From contig OZ024740.1 in NCBI GenBank assembly GCA_964016885.1, positions 431,086,001-431,150,000 of the forward strand: DNA of 64,000 bases, given 5' to 3'. Below, in pieces: positions 1 to 11,000 of this stretch. Within the stretch, counting starts at the first letter, position 1, and every line of letters begins with the position of its first letter. Origin of the DNA: Eledone cirrhosa. Its lineage: Eukaryota. The translations under genes and the position numbers were made by a program. Under the pieces are notes generated by a model. The model worked only from the letters and a program-made list of their open reading frames with translations, searched no databases and was not told where the DNA came from.

Positions 1-50
1 TAAACTGTACAGGAGAGAGATAGAATAAAATGTCTTCATATTGATAGCAA

Positions 51-410
51 TATACTACCAATCCACCAACCCACCAGCCTATACTACCAACCAACCAGGC
101 TATACTACCAACCCACCAGGCTATACTACCAACCAACCAGGCTATACTACCAACCCACCAGCCTATACTACCAACCCACCAGCCTATACTACCAACCAGC
201 CTATAGTACCAATCCACCAGCCTATACTACCAACCCACCAGCTTATACTTCCAACCAGCCTATACTACCAACCCACCAGCCTATACTACCAACTCACCAG
301 CCTATACTACCAACCCACCAGCCTATACTACCAACCCACCAGCCTATACTTCCAATCCACCAGCCTATACTACCAACCCACCAGCTATACTACTAATCCA
401 CCAGCCTATA
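51..410. repeat. 21-bp intronic minisatellite (consensus CCTATACTACCAACCCACCAG), about 17 copies with a few 17/20-bp units
   Basis: Tandem periodicity is directly visible, with strong C/A versus G/T strand skew. The 41..415 ORF is just its translation and its peptide repeat switches (PAYTTN to PTSLYYQ) where shorter units shift the register. Confidence 0.95.
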
Positions 411-495
411 TATAGTTACTTAGTTTAATAATAAAAATGTAATCTCTACACTTAAGTTTTCCAGAACTTTTATCCAAACTAAATTTTTGAAATAA

Positions 496-511
496 TTTTA
501 ATTTTTTCCAG
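496..511 (+). other. 3' splice acceptor of the Cys-rich exon
   Basis: T-rich tract TTTTAATTTTTTCCAG ends at 511. An in-frame TAA lies upstream at 493-495. The downstream frame reads xAA-S-C-K-Y-E-K-Q-V-I-K-G-G-E-H-F, which supplies the first Cys of module 1. Confidence 0.85.
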
Positions 512-2730
512 AATCCTGTAAATATGAAAAGCAAGTGATTAAGGGTGGAGAACATTTCAATAGTTCTGATGGTTGTAACGTCTGCTTCTGTGATCCATCA
601 GGTTACATTGTTTGTACTTTAAGAAACTGTCCGAAGAAGAAATCAACTTGTAACTATAATGGCCTTATATATACTGAAGGAGAAACTTTCCAGTTGGGTT
701 GTAGCAAATGTGCATGTAAAAGTGATGGTAGCGTTAACTGCGATGATACAAACTGTAACCAACAGAGCTTCCAATGTACTTTCAATGGAAAGATCTACAA
801 CAAGGGAGAAACATTTAAACATGATTGTAATATGTGTGTCTGCCAGAAATTTGGTATTGTGAATTGTACAACATTAAACTGCCATAAGACAAGACAATAT
901 TGTGAATATAATGGGAAAAGATATATGCCACTACAAACATTCCAATATTTATGTAATATTTGTATTTGTAACACAAATGGTAATGTGAGTTGTATCAACA
1001 ATTGTCACAAGACTTGCAGATATCAAGGGAAAATCTATAAAATCCAGGAGGTATTTAAAGATGGTTGTAACTCCTGTACATGTCTAAGCACAGGAAATAT
1101 CGAATGTACACAAAAAGAATGTAAATGTAAATATAACAGCACTCATTACAAAGTTGGAGAATCATTTCAAACAAAGTACATTATTTGTACCTGCAAAGAA
1201 AATGCTAGGTTTAATTGTGTTGACAAAAACACTACCTGCAAATATGGAGGAAGTGTTTATTCAGCTGGAGAATCTTTTACAGACAATTGTAAAACTTGTC
1301 AATGTAAAATAGACGGAACCGTGAACTGTAATAATAATACATGTGTTTGTATTTATAAAGGTAAAATGTATACACCTGGTCAACGTTTTACAGAAGCATG
1401 CAATACCTGTTTTTGCAAAGGTAATGGAGCTATAAACTGTACCAATGACCCATGTGTGTGTAAGTTTAAAGGAACAACATACAAAATTGGAGACTCCTTT
1501 AAAGATAATTGTGATACTTGTACCTGTAAATCACGTGGTATAATTAAATGTGAAAATACTCCTTGTAAATGTACATATAAGGGCAATATTTATCAATACA
1601 GAGAAATTTTCAAGGACAGTTGTAATGTCTGCCGGTGTGAAATAAATGGTGCCGTACAATGTAGTCAAAAGTCTTGCAGTTGTTATCACAAAAATGTCAC
1701 ACATAAAATTGGAGGCACATTTAAAGATGATTGCAATGATTGTATCTGTGACGTGAATGGTGCTGTGGTGTGTACTAAATACCTATGTCAGTGTAAATAC
1801 AACGGAGTGAGTTATGCCATTAATGATACATTTACAGATAACTGTAATACATGCACCTGTAAAGAAAATGGCAATGTAGAGTGTGTTACAAACACCTCTC
1901 ATACCTGTATTTATAAAGGAACTAAGTATCAATATGGAGAGACTTTCAAAGAAAACTGCAAGACATGTACCTGTGCACATGCAGGTAAAATATCATGCAA
2001 TACAACTGCAAACTGTTCTTGTACCTATAAAAAAAAAGACTACCTTATTAATCAAACCTTTGCTGATGAATGTAATACCTGTCGATGTCAAGGTAAAGGA
2101 GTTGTACAATGTACACAGAAACCTTGTTACTGTCTCTATAAATGGAAGAAATATAACATAAATCAGATGTTTAATGATGGCTGTTATAAATGTAAATGTG
2201 GTTTTGATGGAAAAATAGTCTGTGAAATAGCAAATGACTGTAGTTGTAAATATAACGGCATAACATATAAAGTGGGTCAAACTTTTATGGACGAATGTAA
2301 TGTGTGCAAATGTCAATCAGACCAAAGCATTATGTGTACACAGTCATCTTGTCTAAAACAATGTAGATACAATGGAACAACCTACAGAATAGGAAAGAGG
2401 ATTAGAATCCAATGCAGGACCTGTACATGTACAATAAAAGGTTTCTTTCAATGTGGCAAGAGTGATTGTCATCAAAAACAATGTTTTATTGGTTCAAACT
2501 CATACAAACATGGAGAGAATTTCAAGTCTGACTGCAACACATGTTTTTGTTTTGATGGTCAATCAATTTGTTCTAAATATGACTGCACACAGGATGAGTC
2601 TTGTAACTATTTTGGAAGATATTACAAGACAGGTGACTATTTCAGAGCCAATGATCCATGTAATATGTGTTATTGTTATAAGAAAACAATAGCATGCACA
2701 AGACATGTCTGCTTCAATGTTCAACCAGTT
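512..2730 (+). CDS. Internal coding exon of a cysteine-rich, probably extracellular protein with 19 tandem 6-Cys VWC-like/pacifastin-like modules (kielin/chordin-like type); upstream exons lie outside the window
   Basis: Open frame of about 739 codons with a repeated C-x-Y-x-G-x2-Y-x2-G-x2-F-x3-C-N-x-C-x-C-x3-G-x3-C-x4-C pattern. The modules are diverged in DNA but conserve the Cys/Gly/aromatic positions. It is bounded by a phase-1 acceptor (511/512) and a phase-0 GTAAGT donor (2731). The ORF-track GTG start at 535 and stop at 2742 are artefacts of ignoring splicing. Confidence 0.92.
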
Positions 2731-2750
2731 GTAAGTATTTAATTTCTATA

Positions 2751-3648
2751 ATGTTTTAACCCTTTCATTACCATATTTCTAATGAAAGACACTACCTATG
2801 TCATTAACCCTTTCATTACCATACTTCTAATGACACTGTCTATGTAATTAACCCTTTCATTACCATATTTCTAATGAAAGACATTGTCTATATCATTAAC
2901 CCTTTCATTACCATATTTCTAATGACATTGTCTATGTCATTAACCCTTTCATTACCATACTTCTAATGACACTGTCTATGTCATTAACCCTTTCATTACC
3001 ATATTTCTAATGACATTGTCTATGTCATTAACCCTTTCATTACCATATTTCTAATGAAAGACATTGTCTATGTCATTAACCCTTTCATTACCATATTTCT
3101 ATTGAAAGACACTGCCTATGTCATTAACCCTTTCATTACCATATTTCTAATGAAAGACACTGTCTATGTCATTAACCCTTTCATTACCATATTTCTAATG
3201 AAAGACACTGTCTATGTCATTAACCCTTTCATTACCATATTTCTAATGAAAGACACTACCTATGTCATTAACCCTTTCATTACCATATTTCTAATGAAAG
3301 ACACTGTCTATGTCTTTAACCCTTTCATTACCATCTTTCTAATGAAAGACACTTTCTATGTCATTAACCCTTTCATTACCATATTTCTAATGAAAGACAC
3401 TGTCTATGTCATTAACCCTTTCATTACCATATTTCTAATGAAAGACACTACCTATGTCATTAACCCTTTCATTACCATATTTCTAATGAAAGACACTGTC
3501 TATGTCATTAACACTTTCATTACCATATTTCTATTGAAAGACACTGTCTATGTCATTAACACTTTCATTACCATATTTCTATTGAAAGACACTGTCTATG
3601 TCATTAACACTTTCATTACCATATTTCTATTGAAAGACACTACTTATG
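2751..3648. repeat. 48-bp intronic minisatellite (ATGTCATTAACCCTTTCATTACCATATTTCTAATGAAAGACACTGTCT) with 44-bp variants, about 19 copies
   Basis: Visible tandem array. The 44-bp units lacking 4 bp cluster at about 2800-3040. Each full unit has an internal inverted repeat, CTTTCATTA/TAATGAAAG. Confidence 0.96.
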
Positions 3649-3757
3649 ATTTTTAAAAGTAATATATGTTTGTCATTATTAAGATGATCTTTGAACATAA
3701 AAAAAGGTTCTTACATAAAATTATGATGGAAGATTTTTAGAAAACTATAGTTTAGAA

Positions 3758-3903
3758 CAGGAATGGGCAGCTTTTTTCAAGCAGTGGGCCACATTGGATG
3801 TGACTCATCATAAGACAGGCCACACTACTAAAAAATTCAAGGCAATTTTGAAATTAGGCATACGATTCAGAGAGCCAAACGGGCAGCAGTTTGGTCATAA
3901 CTG
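3758..3903. mobile_element. 146-bp degenerate non-autonomous hAT (Charlie-like) DNA transposon/MITE
   Basis: The ends CAGGAATGGGCAGCT... and ...GCAGTTTGGTCATAACTG are imperfect inverted repeats beginning CAG. The flanking 8-mers GTTTAGAA (3750-3757) and TTTTAGAA (3904-3911) match 7/8. An 8-bp duplication resembling NTCTAGAN is the known hAT-Charlie signature. It is more GC-rich than its flanks. Confidence 0.65.
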
Positions 3904-3990
3904 TTTTAGAAGAAAGTTTTACATTGTAGAACCGAGGGTGGTTTAGTATGGGTAGGGTTAATACAACAAATAATTTCAAACACCTTAAAA

Positions 3991-4219
3991 TACCATTGCT
4001 AGAGATGTTATTTAACTTACAGATCAGCAACTATCATTGCTAGAGATGTCATTAAAATTCTAGATCAGTGTCTATCATTGCTAGAGATGTCATAAAAATT
4101 CTAGATCAGTGTCTATCATTGCTAGAGATGTCATTAAAATTCTAGATCAGTGTCTATCATTGCTAGAGATGTCATTAAAATTCTAGATCAGTGTCTATCA
4201 TTGCTAGAGATGTTATTAA
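3991..4219. repeat. 41-bp intronic minisatellite (CTATCATTGCTAGAGATGTCATTAAAATTCTAGATCAGTGT), about 5.5 copies
   Basis: Unit starts at 4031, 4072, 4113, 4154 and 4195, with a degenerate first copy from about 3991. Confidence 0.93.
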
Positions 4220-4486
4220 TCTTATAAAGTTGATACTATTTTAATGTTAATATCTACAGAATCTTATTTCAAGTTTATTTCATTTGAGTGACTATTGCTC
4301 ACAGATAAAAGCACGTAAAATATGAAGAAACTTAATATATTGTTTGAAAATATATTAAATCAACAAGATGTTTTTATAACAAATCTGTTTTTTGTAAGAT
4401 CACATGGGTTGGATTGTTTTTCAAATTCCTATATTTGCAACAGTTGTTGCAATATGGAATTTATAGCTAGGTGTTCTTCCTTAATT

Positions 4487-4501
4487 GATGATGATGATGA
4501 T
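4487..4501. repeat. (GAT)5 microsatellite
   Basis: Seen directly. Confidence 0.8.
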
Positions 4502-4558
4502 GACATCAATATATATCTAGACTTTATTGTGCTAACCATGTTTTCTCTTTATTTTCAG

Positions 4559-4570
4559 TTAATGGTTTAA
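4559..4570 (+). CDS. Predicted terminal coding exon of the Cys-rich gene (TTA ATG GTT TAA = L-M-V-stop), followed by an AT-rich 3' UTR
   Basis: Strong acceptor and branch point lie immediately upstream. A phase-0 join to the donor at 2730 gives ...CFNVQPV|LMV*. Poly(A) signals follow 125-150 bp downstream. Confidence 0.6.
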   Translation, partial: LMV

Positions 4571-4695
4571 TATATATATTAGTAAACAGATGAAAATATC
4601 AAAATAATTTATATCCACACAGTATTGTATATATTGTATATTTTTGTAATATAAAAAATTATTTAAAAAATGTAAAAAATATTTTGTATATATCA

Positions 4696-4723
4696 AATAA
4701 ACACTCGAGTAAAACTTAATAAA
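4696..4723 (+). terminator. Candidate polyadenylation signals
   Basis: AATAAA at 4696-4701 and 4718-4723, followed by the GT-rich GTCTTGGCTTGTTTTT; ATTAAA at 4763-4768. Such hexamers are common by chance in AT-rich DNA. Confidence 0.45.
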
Positions 4724-5020
4724 GTCTTGGCTTGTTTTTACAAGAGAATGAAATGAAATTTTATTAAAACTGTGAGGTATTGAATTCAAAACATTCTCTG
4801 GGCACATATTTAGCTCAGGATTGAACATGAAATCATCCTCATTCTATTGTTATATTTATCACATACTCATGTGAGTGCCATCCTCACAACATACATTCTC
4901 ACTACATAATGGAACATTCCAGATAACTTTAAAATACCTGTATGTCTGACAAAACACACAGTCACATGACTTCTACCTCACCTCCACCTCCCCAAATTTA
5001 TTGTTATGTTATTTGATAAA

Positions 5021-5034
5021 CCTTTTGTCTACAG
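5021..5034 (+). other. Candidate splice acceptor at the left edge of the 69-bp satellite
   Basis: CCTTTTGTCTACAG with an in-frame TAA at 5017-5019. The next base (5035) is codon position 1 of the long open frame. Confidence 0.3.
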
Positions 5035-8000
5035 TCAACGACTTCTGACACAGGCAGTCTTATTGGTGGTCACTCCCCTCAGGAGAGACTAAACTTGACA
5101 GCTAGTTTTACTTCTGACACAGGCAGTCTTATTGGTGGTCACTCCCCTCAGGACAGACTAAACTTGACAGCTAGTTTTACTTCTGACACAGGCAGTCTTA
5201 TTGGTGGTCACTCCCCTCAGGACAGACTAAACTTGACAGCTAGTTTTACTTCTGACACAGGCAGTCTTATTGGTGGTCACTCCCCTCAGGACAGACTAAA
5301 CTTGACAGCTAGTTTTACTTCTGACACAGGCAGTCTTATTGGTGGTCACTCCCCTCAGGACAGACTAAACTTGACAGCTAGTTTTACTTCTGACACAGGC
5401 AGTCTTATTGGTGGTCACTCCCCTCAGGACAGACTAAACTTGACAGCTAGTTTTACTTCTGACACAGGCAGTCTTATTGGTGGTCACTTCTCTCAGGACA
5501 GACTAAACTTGACAGCTAGTTTTACTTCTGACACAGGCAGTCTTATTGGTGGTCACTCCTCTCAGGACAGACTAAACTTGACAGCTAGTTTTACTTCTGA
5601 CACAGGCAGTCTTATTGGTGGTCACTTCTCTCAGGACAGGCTTACGTTGACAGCTAGTTTTACTTCTGACACAGGCAGTCTTACTGGTGGTCACTCCTCT
5701 CAGGACAGACTAAACTTGACAGCTAGTTTTACTTCTGACACAGGCAGTCTTATTGGTGGTCACTTCTCTCAGGACAGACTAAACTTGACAGCTAGTTTTA
5801 CTTCTGACACAGGCAGTCTTATTGGTGGTCACTTCTCTCAGGACAGACTAAACTTGACAGCTAGTTTTACTTCTGACACAGGCAGTCTTATTGGTGGTCA
5901 CTTCTCTCAGGACAGACTAAACTTGACAGCTAGTTTTACTTCTGACACAGGCAGTCTTATTGGTGGTCACTTCTCTCAGGACAGACTAAACTTGACAGCT
6001 AGTTTTACTTCTGACACAGGCAGTCTTATTGGTGGTCACTTCTCTCAGGACAGACTAAACTTGACAGCTAGTTTTACTTCTGACACAGGCAGTCTTATTG
6101 GTGGTCACTTCTCTCAGGACAGACTAAACTTGACAGCTAGTTTTACTTCTGACACAGGCAGTCTTATTGGTGGTCACTTCTCTCAGGACAGACTAAACTT
6201 GACAGCTAGTTTTACTTCTGACACAGGCAGTCTTATTGGTGGTCACTTCTCTCAGGACAGACTAAACTTGACAGCTAGTTTTACTTCTGACACAGGCAGT
6301 CTTATTGGTGGTCACTTCTCTCAGGACAGACTAAACTTGACAGCTAGTTTTACTTCTGACACAGGCAGTTTTATTGGTGGTCACTCCTCTCAGGACAGAC
6401 TAAACTTGACAGCTAGTTTTACTTCTGACACAGGCAGCCTTATTGGTGGTCACTTCTCTCAGGACAGGTTTAACTTGACAGCTAGTTTTACTTCTGACAC
6501 AGGCAGTCTTATTGGTGGTCACTTCTCTCAGGACAGACTAAACTTGACAGCTAGTTTTACTTCTGGCACAGGCAGTCTTATTGGTGGTCACTTCTCTCAG
6601 GACAGACTAAAGTTGACAGCTAGTTTTACTTCTGACACAGGCAGTCTTATTGGTGGTCACTTCTCTCAGGAGAGACTAAACTTGACAGCTAGTTTTACTT
6701 CTGACACAGGCAGTCTTATTGGTGGTCACTTCTCTCAGGACAGACTAAACTTGACAGCTAGTTTTGCTTCTGACACAGGCAGTCTTATTGGTGGTCACTT
6801 CTCTCAGGACAGACTAAACTTGACAGCTAGTTTTACTTCTGACACAGGCAGTCTTATTGTTGGTCACTTCTCTCAGGACAGACTAAACTTGACAGCTAGT
6901 TTTACTTCTGACACAGGCAGTCTTATTGGTGGTCACTCCCCTCAGGAGAGACTAAACTTGACAGCTAGTTTTACTTCTGACACAGGCAGTCTTATTGGTG
7001 GTCACTCCCCTCAGGACAGACTAAACTTGACAGCTAGTTTTACTTCTGACACAGGCAGTCTTATTGGTGGTCACTCCCCTCAGGACAGACTAAACTTGAC
7101 AGCTAGTTTTACTTCTGACACAGGCAGTCTTATTGGTGGTCACTCCCCTCAGGACAGACTAAACTTGACAGCTAGTTTTACTTCTGACACAGGCAGTCTT
7201 ATTGGTGGTCACTCCCCTCAGGACAGACTAAACTTGACAGCTAGTTTTACTTCTGACACAGGCAGTCTTATTGGTGGTCACTCCCCTCAGGACAGACTAA
7301 ACTTGACAGCTAGTTTTACTTCTGACACAGGCAGTCTTATTGGTGGTCACTTCTCTCAGGACAGACTAAACTTGACAGCTAGTTTTACTTCTGACACAGG
7401 CAGTCTTATTGGTGGTCACTCCTCTCAGGACAGACTAAACTTGACAGCTAGTTTTACTTCTGACACAGGCAGTCTTATTGGTGGTCACTTCTCTCAGGAC
7501 AGGCTTACGTTGACAGCTAGTTTTACTTCTGACACAGGCAGTCTTACTGGTGGTCACTCCTCTCAGGACAGACTAAACTTGACAGCTAGTTTTACTTCTG
7601 ACACAGGCAGTCTTATTGGTGGTCACTTCTCTCAGGACAGACTAAACTTGACAGCTAGTTTTACTTCTGACACAGGCAGTCTTATTGGTGGTCACTTCTC
7701 TCAGGACAGACTAAACTTGACAGCTAGTTTTACTTCTGACACAGGCAGTCTTATTGGTGGTCACTTCTCTCAGGACAGACTAAACTTGACAGCTAGTTTT
7801 ACTTCTGACACAGGCAGTCTTATTGGTGGTCACTTCTCTCAGGACAGACTAAACTTGACAGCTAGTTTTACTTCTGACACAGGCAGTCTTATTGGTGGTC
7901 ACTTCTCTCAGGACAGACTAAACTTGACAGCTAGTTTTACTTCTGACACAGGCAGTCTTATTGGTGGTCACTTCTCTCAGGACAGACTAAACTTGACAGC

Positions 8001-11000
8001 TAGTTTTACTTCTGACACAGGCAGTCTTATTGGTGGTCACTTCTCTCAGGACAGACTAAACTTGACAGCTAGTTTTACTTCTGACACAGGCAGTCTTATT
8101 GGTGGTCACTTCTCTCAGGACAGACTAAACTTGACAGCTAGTTTTACTTCTGACACAGGCAGTCTTATTGGTGGTCACTTCTCTCAGGACAGACTAAACT
8201 TGACAGCTAGTTTTACTTCTGACACAGGCAGTTTTATTGGTGGTCACTCCTCTCAGGACAGACTAAACTTGACAGCTAGTTTTACTTCTGACACAGGCAG
8301 CCTTATTGGTGGTCACTTCTCTCAGGACAGGTTTAACTTGACAGCTAGTTTTACTTCTGACACAGGCAGTCTTATTGGTGGTCACTTCTCTCAGGACAGA
8401 CTAAACTTGACAGCTAGTTTTACTTCTGGCACAGGCAGTCTTATTGGTGGTCACTTCTCTCAGGACAGACTAAAGTTGACAGCTAGTTTTACTTCTGACA
8501 CAGGCAGTCTTATTGGTGGTCACTTCTCTCAGGAGAGACTAAACTTGACAGCTAGTTTTACTTCTGACACAGGCAGTCTTATTGGTGGTCACTTCTCTCA
8601 GGACAGACTAAACTTGACAGCTAGTTTTGCTTCTGACACAGGCAGTCTTATTGGTGGTCACTTCTCTCAGGACAGACTAAACTTGACAGCTAGTTTTACT
8701 TCTGACACAGGCAGTCTTATTGTTGGTCACTTCTCTCAGGACAGACTAAACTTGACAGCTAGTTTTACTTCTGACACAGGCAGTCTTATTGGTGGTCACT
8801 TCTCTCAGGACAGACTAAACTTGACAGCTAGTTTTACTTCTGACACAGGCAGTTTTATTGGTGGTCACTCCTCTCAGGACAGACTAAACTTGACAGCTAG
8901 TTTTACTTCTGACACAGGCAGCCTTATTGGTGGTCACTTCTCTCAGGACAGACTAAACTTGACAGCTAGTTTTACTTCTGACACAGGCAGTCTTATTGGT
9001 GGTCACTCCCCTCAGGACAGGCTTACCTTGACAGCTACTTTTACTTCTGACACAGGCAGTCTTATTGGTGGTCACTTCTCTCAGGACAGGCTTACCTTGA
9101 CAGCTAGTTTTACTTCTGACACAGGCAGTCTTATTGGTGGTCACTTCTCTCAGGACAGACTAAACTTGACAGCTAGTTTTACTTCTGACACAGGCAGTCT
9201 TATTGGTGGTCACTTCTCTCAGGACAGGCTTACGTTGACAGCTAGTTTTACTTCTGACACAGGCAGTCTTACTGGTGGTCACTCCTCTCAGGACAGACTA
9301 AACTTGACAGCTAGTTTTACTTCTGACACAGGCAGTCTTATTGGTGGTCACTTCTCTCAGGACAGACTAAACTTGACAGCTAGTTTTACTTCTGACACAG
9401 GCAGTCTTATTGGTGGTCACTTCTCTCAGGACAGACTAAACTTGACAGCTAGTTTTACTTCTGACACAGGCAGTCTTATTGGTGGTCACTTCTCTCAGGA
9501 CAGACTAAACTTGACAGCTAGTTTTACTTCTGACACAGGCAGTCTTATTGGTGGTCACTCCCCTCAGGACAGACTAAACTTGACAGCTAGTTTTACTTCT
9601 GACACAGGCAGTCTTATTGGTGGTCACTCCCCTCAGGACAGACTAAACTTGACAGCTAGTTTTACTTCTGACACAGGCAGTCTTATTGGTGGTCACTTCT
9701 CTCAGGACAGACTAAACTTGACAGCTAGTTTTACTTCTGACACAGGCAGTCTTATTGGTGGTCACTCCTCTCAGGACAGACTAAACTTGACAGCTAGTTT
9801 TACTTCTGACACAGGCAGTCTTATTGGTGGTCACTTCTCTCAGGACAGGCTTACGTTGACAGCTAGTTTTACTTCTGACACAGGCAGTCTTACTGGTGGT
9901 CACTCCTCTCAGGACAGACTAAACTTGACAGCTAGTTTTACTTCTGACACAGGCAGTCTTATTGGTGGTCACTTCTCTCAGGACAGACTAAACTTGACAG
10001 CTAGTTTTACTTCTGACACAGGCAGTCTTATTGGTGGTCACTTCTCTCAGGACAGACTAAACTTGACAGCTAGTTTTAATTCTGACACAGGCAGTCTTAT
10101 TGGTGGTCACTTCTCTCAGGACAGACTAAACTTGACAGCTAGTTTTACTTCTGACACAGGCAGTCTTATTGGTGGTCACTTCTCTCAGGACAGACTAAAC
10201 TTGACAGCTAGTTTTACTTCTGACACAGGCAGTCTTATTGGTGGTCACTTCTCTCAGGACAGACTAAACTTGACAGCTAGTTTTACTTCTGACACAGGCA
10301 GTCTTATTGGTGGTCACTTCTCTCAGGACAGACTAAACTTGACAGCTAGTTTTACTTCTGACACAGGCAGTCTTATTGGTGGTCACTTCTCTCAGGACAG
10401 ACTAAACTTGACAGCTAGTTTTACTTCTGACACAGGCAGTCTTATTGGTGGTCACTTCTCTCAGGACAGACTAAACTTGACAGCTAGTTTTACTTCTGAC
10501 ACAGGCAGTCTTATTGGTGGTCACTTCTCTCAGGACAGACTAAACTTGACAGCTAGTTTTACTTCTGACACAGGCAGTTTTATTGGTGGTCACTCCTCTC
10601 AGGACAGACTAAACTTGACAGCTAGTTTTACTTCTGACACAGGCAGCCTTATTGGTGGTCACTTCTCTCAGGACAGGTTTAACTTGACAGCTAGTTTTAC
10701 TTCTGACACAGGCAGTCTTATTGGTGGTCACTTCTCTCAGGACAGACTAAACTTGACAGCTAGTTTTACTTCTGGCACAGGCAGTCTTATTGGTGGTCAC
10801 TTCTCTCAGGACAGACTAAAGTTGACAGCTAGTTTTACTTCTGACACAGGCAGTCTTATTGGTGGTCACTTCTCTCAGGAGAGACTAAACTTGACAGCTA
10901 GTTTTACTTCTGACACAGGCAGTCTTATTGGTGGTCACTTCTCTCAGGACAGACTAAACTTGACAGCTAGTTTTGCTTCTGACACAGGCAGTCTTATTGG

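Larger units (their letters stand above)
2731..4558 (+). other. Predicted last intron (GT...AG, 1828 bp)
   Basis: Perfect donor GTAAGT at 2731-2736, branch-point consensus TGCTAAC at 4530-4536, and pyrimidine tract TTTTCTCTTTATTTTCAG at 4541-4558. Confidence 0.7.

Noticed and set aside
41-415. 124-aa Pro/Thr/Tyr-rich ORF resembling an adhesive or mucin repeat
   Set aside because: It is the translation of the 21-bp minisatellite, with register shifts from 17/20-bp units, a TTG start and no convincing splice sites.
455-464. Alternative acceptor AAGTTTTCCAG upstream of the exon
   Set aside because: It would include the in-frame TAA at 493-495.
659-2692. Short ORFs overlapping the Cys-rich exon in other frames and on the minus strand
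   Set aside because: Shadow ORFs with no recognisable motifs.
3054-3656. 200-aa hydrophobic repeat ORF (MKDTVYVINPFITIFL)n
   Set aside because: It is the translation of the 48-bp intronic minisatellite; the same array has frameshifting 44-bp units upstream.
4322-4828. 82-aa (+) and 89-aa (-) ORFs
   Set aside because: AT-rich, low-complexity translations of intron/UTR sequence; only the last three codons of the + ORF are plausible as a spliced exon.
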